Assembly: GCA_036172245.1 (NCBI GenBank)
Contig: JAYWIR010000025.1
Span: 2,728,001-2,792,000, forward strand
DNA: 64,000 bases
Direction: 5' to 3'
DNA from: Raillietiella orientalis
Lineage: Eukaryota
Each line of letters starts with the position of its first letter. Within the stretch, counting starts at the first letter, position 1. The position numbers were made by a program, and so were the translations under genes. This document shows, piece after piece, positions 62,121 to 64,000 of this stretch. The notes below the pieces were generated by a model, which searched no databases, was not told the DNA's origin, and worked only from the letters and a program-made list of their open reading frames with translations.

Positions 62121-64000
62121 GTATTTTCGGGATTTGGGGCCCGAGCGCGCCCACTTTGCTTGGGGGAGGCGGAGACCCCTGCCCGTGTCTTTCCGCGCCG
62201 AGTTGGGTACCAATAAAACGCTTTACGTACAAAAATCGAGCGGTGCAGCCTGTGGGGAGTTCCGAGCGCCGCCTTCCATCCAGAATTTCCTGTACCAGAA
62301 AGGCGAGGCGAGGCTGCGCCGCCGTCCCCGGAGGGCGACGAGCGAGGGAGCCCCGTCGGGCGGTCCCTCGCAAACGCCCGCTCCTGCGACGAAGAGCAGG
62401 GAACGTCCGCCACCGTCGCGGCCGCAGTAAAGGGCCTCGGGGATACCCCCGTCTTGCCGCGCCCCGGAGCGGCGGGCCGGGAGAAGACGGGGGTGAGGGA
62501 GGAAGCGACCGGCGCATGGGGAGAGCGTGGCTCGAACGAAGGCGAGGAAGCCCCTCCTTCGTCGCAAAGGGGCGCGGTCTCTTCGTCCGAGGGCTTCCGG
62601 GGCACGGGAGCTTCCGCCTGTAGCCCGGGGAAGCCGCCGTCTTGGGTATATGGAGGTCGGCGCCGAGGAGAGGAGAACCGCAAGGTCTCGCCGGGGCTGG
62701 GAGGCCCTGCCTCCCCGTTCTTGAAAATCGGTACGTTTGCGATGGGGGAGCGGGGGGCGAGTTGGTGTCGGAAGCCTGCAGGAGCAGCTCTGCAAAGGAA
62801 CGCACACCTCGGAGAGGAGGGAAGGAAGAAGAGCGGCGCTTGCGCGACACAGGGAGGCCTGGCCAGCACCGTCGGACGCCGGAAGCCACCTTCTGGTTTG
62901 GGGAGGAACAAGTCGTTGCCACGGCGACCCAGAAGATTGGTCTCCGACGCGGACCGGAAGATTGGCCCGCGCGACGCCGGCGTCTCGGCGCGGAAGGGGG
63001 AGGCTCCTGGTCGTTAATCAGTAGAGTTAGGTCACGGTGCTCCGGGTGGTGCTGTTAACGGTTGAGATCAGGGGGGATCCGGAAGAAAGGAACGCGGAGG
63101 CCTGCGGCTCTGGGGTCGAGGGGCTGAAGGTTAGTTCCCCTTCCTGACCTCTTCAGCCGCGGACCTTTCCGTTCCTGCGGGGACAAGGTCAGGGCGAGCA
63201 GTACTTGGAGGAAGAGGATCAGAGAAACGCCAGACCCGGTTGCCCGGAGCGACGCGCGTCGACTCCTCCCTCCTTCGCTGCTTCCGCACCCCTGGGCTGT
63301 GGACGCTCTCTGGGTTGGTGGGCGCGCCGACCGCCGCGAGGAGGAGATCTCAGGCGCCGGAGGAAGATGAGGACTGAATGCCTCCCCGCGCGCGGGTTCC
63401 CGCGATGCTGCTGCCGCCCTCCGGAGCGGGTGGCTTTTCAGTGGAACTTTTTCGAAAGACTTCGCCCCGGATCTCCTCCCGCGGAGTCTCTTGGGCGCCC
63501 CCTCTCGGCATGCCCGGGTCTCCGTTTCGCTTCCCGAGCGAGGCGGCGGCGGGATGCCCTGACCGCTCCCGCACGTCTGTCTCCCGGAATCCCTCGGGGC
63601 AAATTTCTCGGCGGATTTTGGCTCGCCCATCGGTGGATGGCTCTCTTCGCTCTTCTCGATTGTGCGGGGAAGGCTTCGGGTCATGACCTGCCGCTAATCC
63701 CGTTGGCTTCGCTCTAACCAACGGGAAACGGAACGCGGGATCCATGGCAACGGGTCTGCTGCTGCTGCTGATGGAGGCGCTCCGGTCCCGCGCGTGACGG
63801 CCGGGAGAGATCGCTCTTCGAGTCTCAGCCCGCAGACCGAACCAGCTCTTCTGTTGAAGCTCTGGGACGTAGACGGCATGGCAACGAGGTGATCCTCTCT
63901 GGGGGGTCACCTCACTTGGCACCAGCAAAGACCTCGCGGTCGTCCATCTTCGTCTTGCTTCCTCTTTCCCGCCCATATTTTCTGCCGTGCTCGCGCTCTC

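Overview
Eukaryotic, probably invertebrate, genomic DNA that is GC/CpG-rich and has many 40-60 nt introns. All gene models were spliced by hand. Three genes are supported. (1) A two-Ig FGF receptor tyrosine kinase on + (about 21922-32602), preceded by about 17 kb of microsatellite-rich non-coding DNA. (2) An SLC25A16-type mitochondrial carrier on - (33940-32734), convergent with FGFR, with only 131 nt between the stop codons. (3) A divergent Bicaudal-C gene on + (about 42719-47099). The flanks (1-3.9 kb and 48-61 kb) are heavily decayed Ty3/Gypsy relics on the - strand. The main finding is that FGFR carries two duplicated exons for the N-terminal half of IgIII. Their phases do not allow direct joining, so they are probably mutually exclusive. 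One of them naturally has Arg at the position of the human craniosynostosis Pro->Arg mutations, and its 3' splice site lies in a predicted RNA stem. Most ORFs in the supplied track are spurious GC-rich frames.
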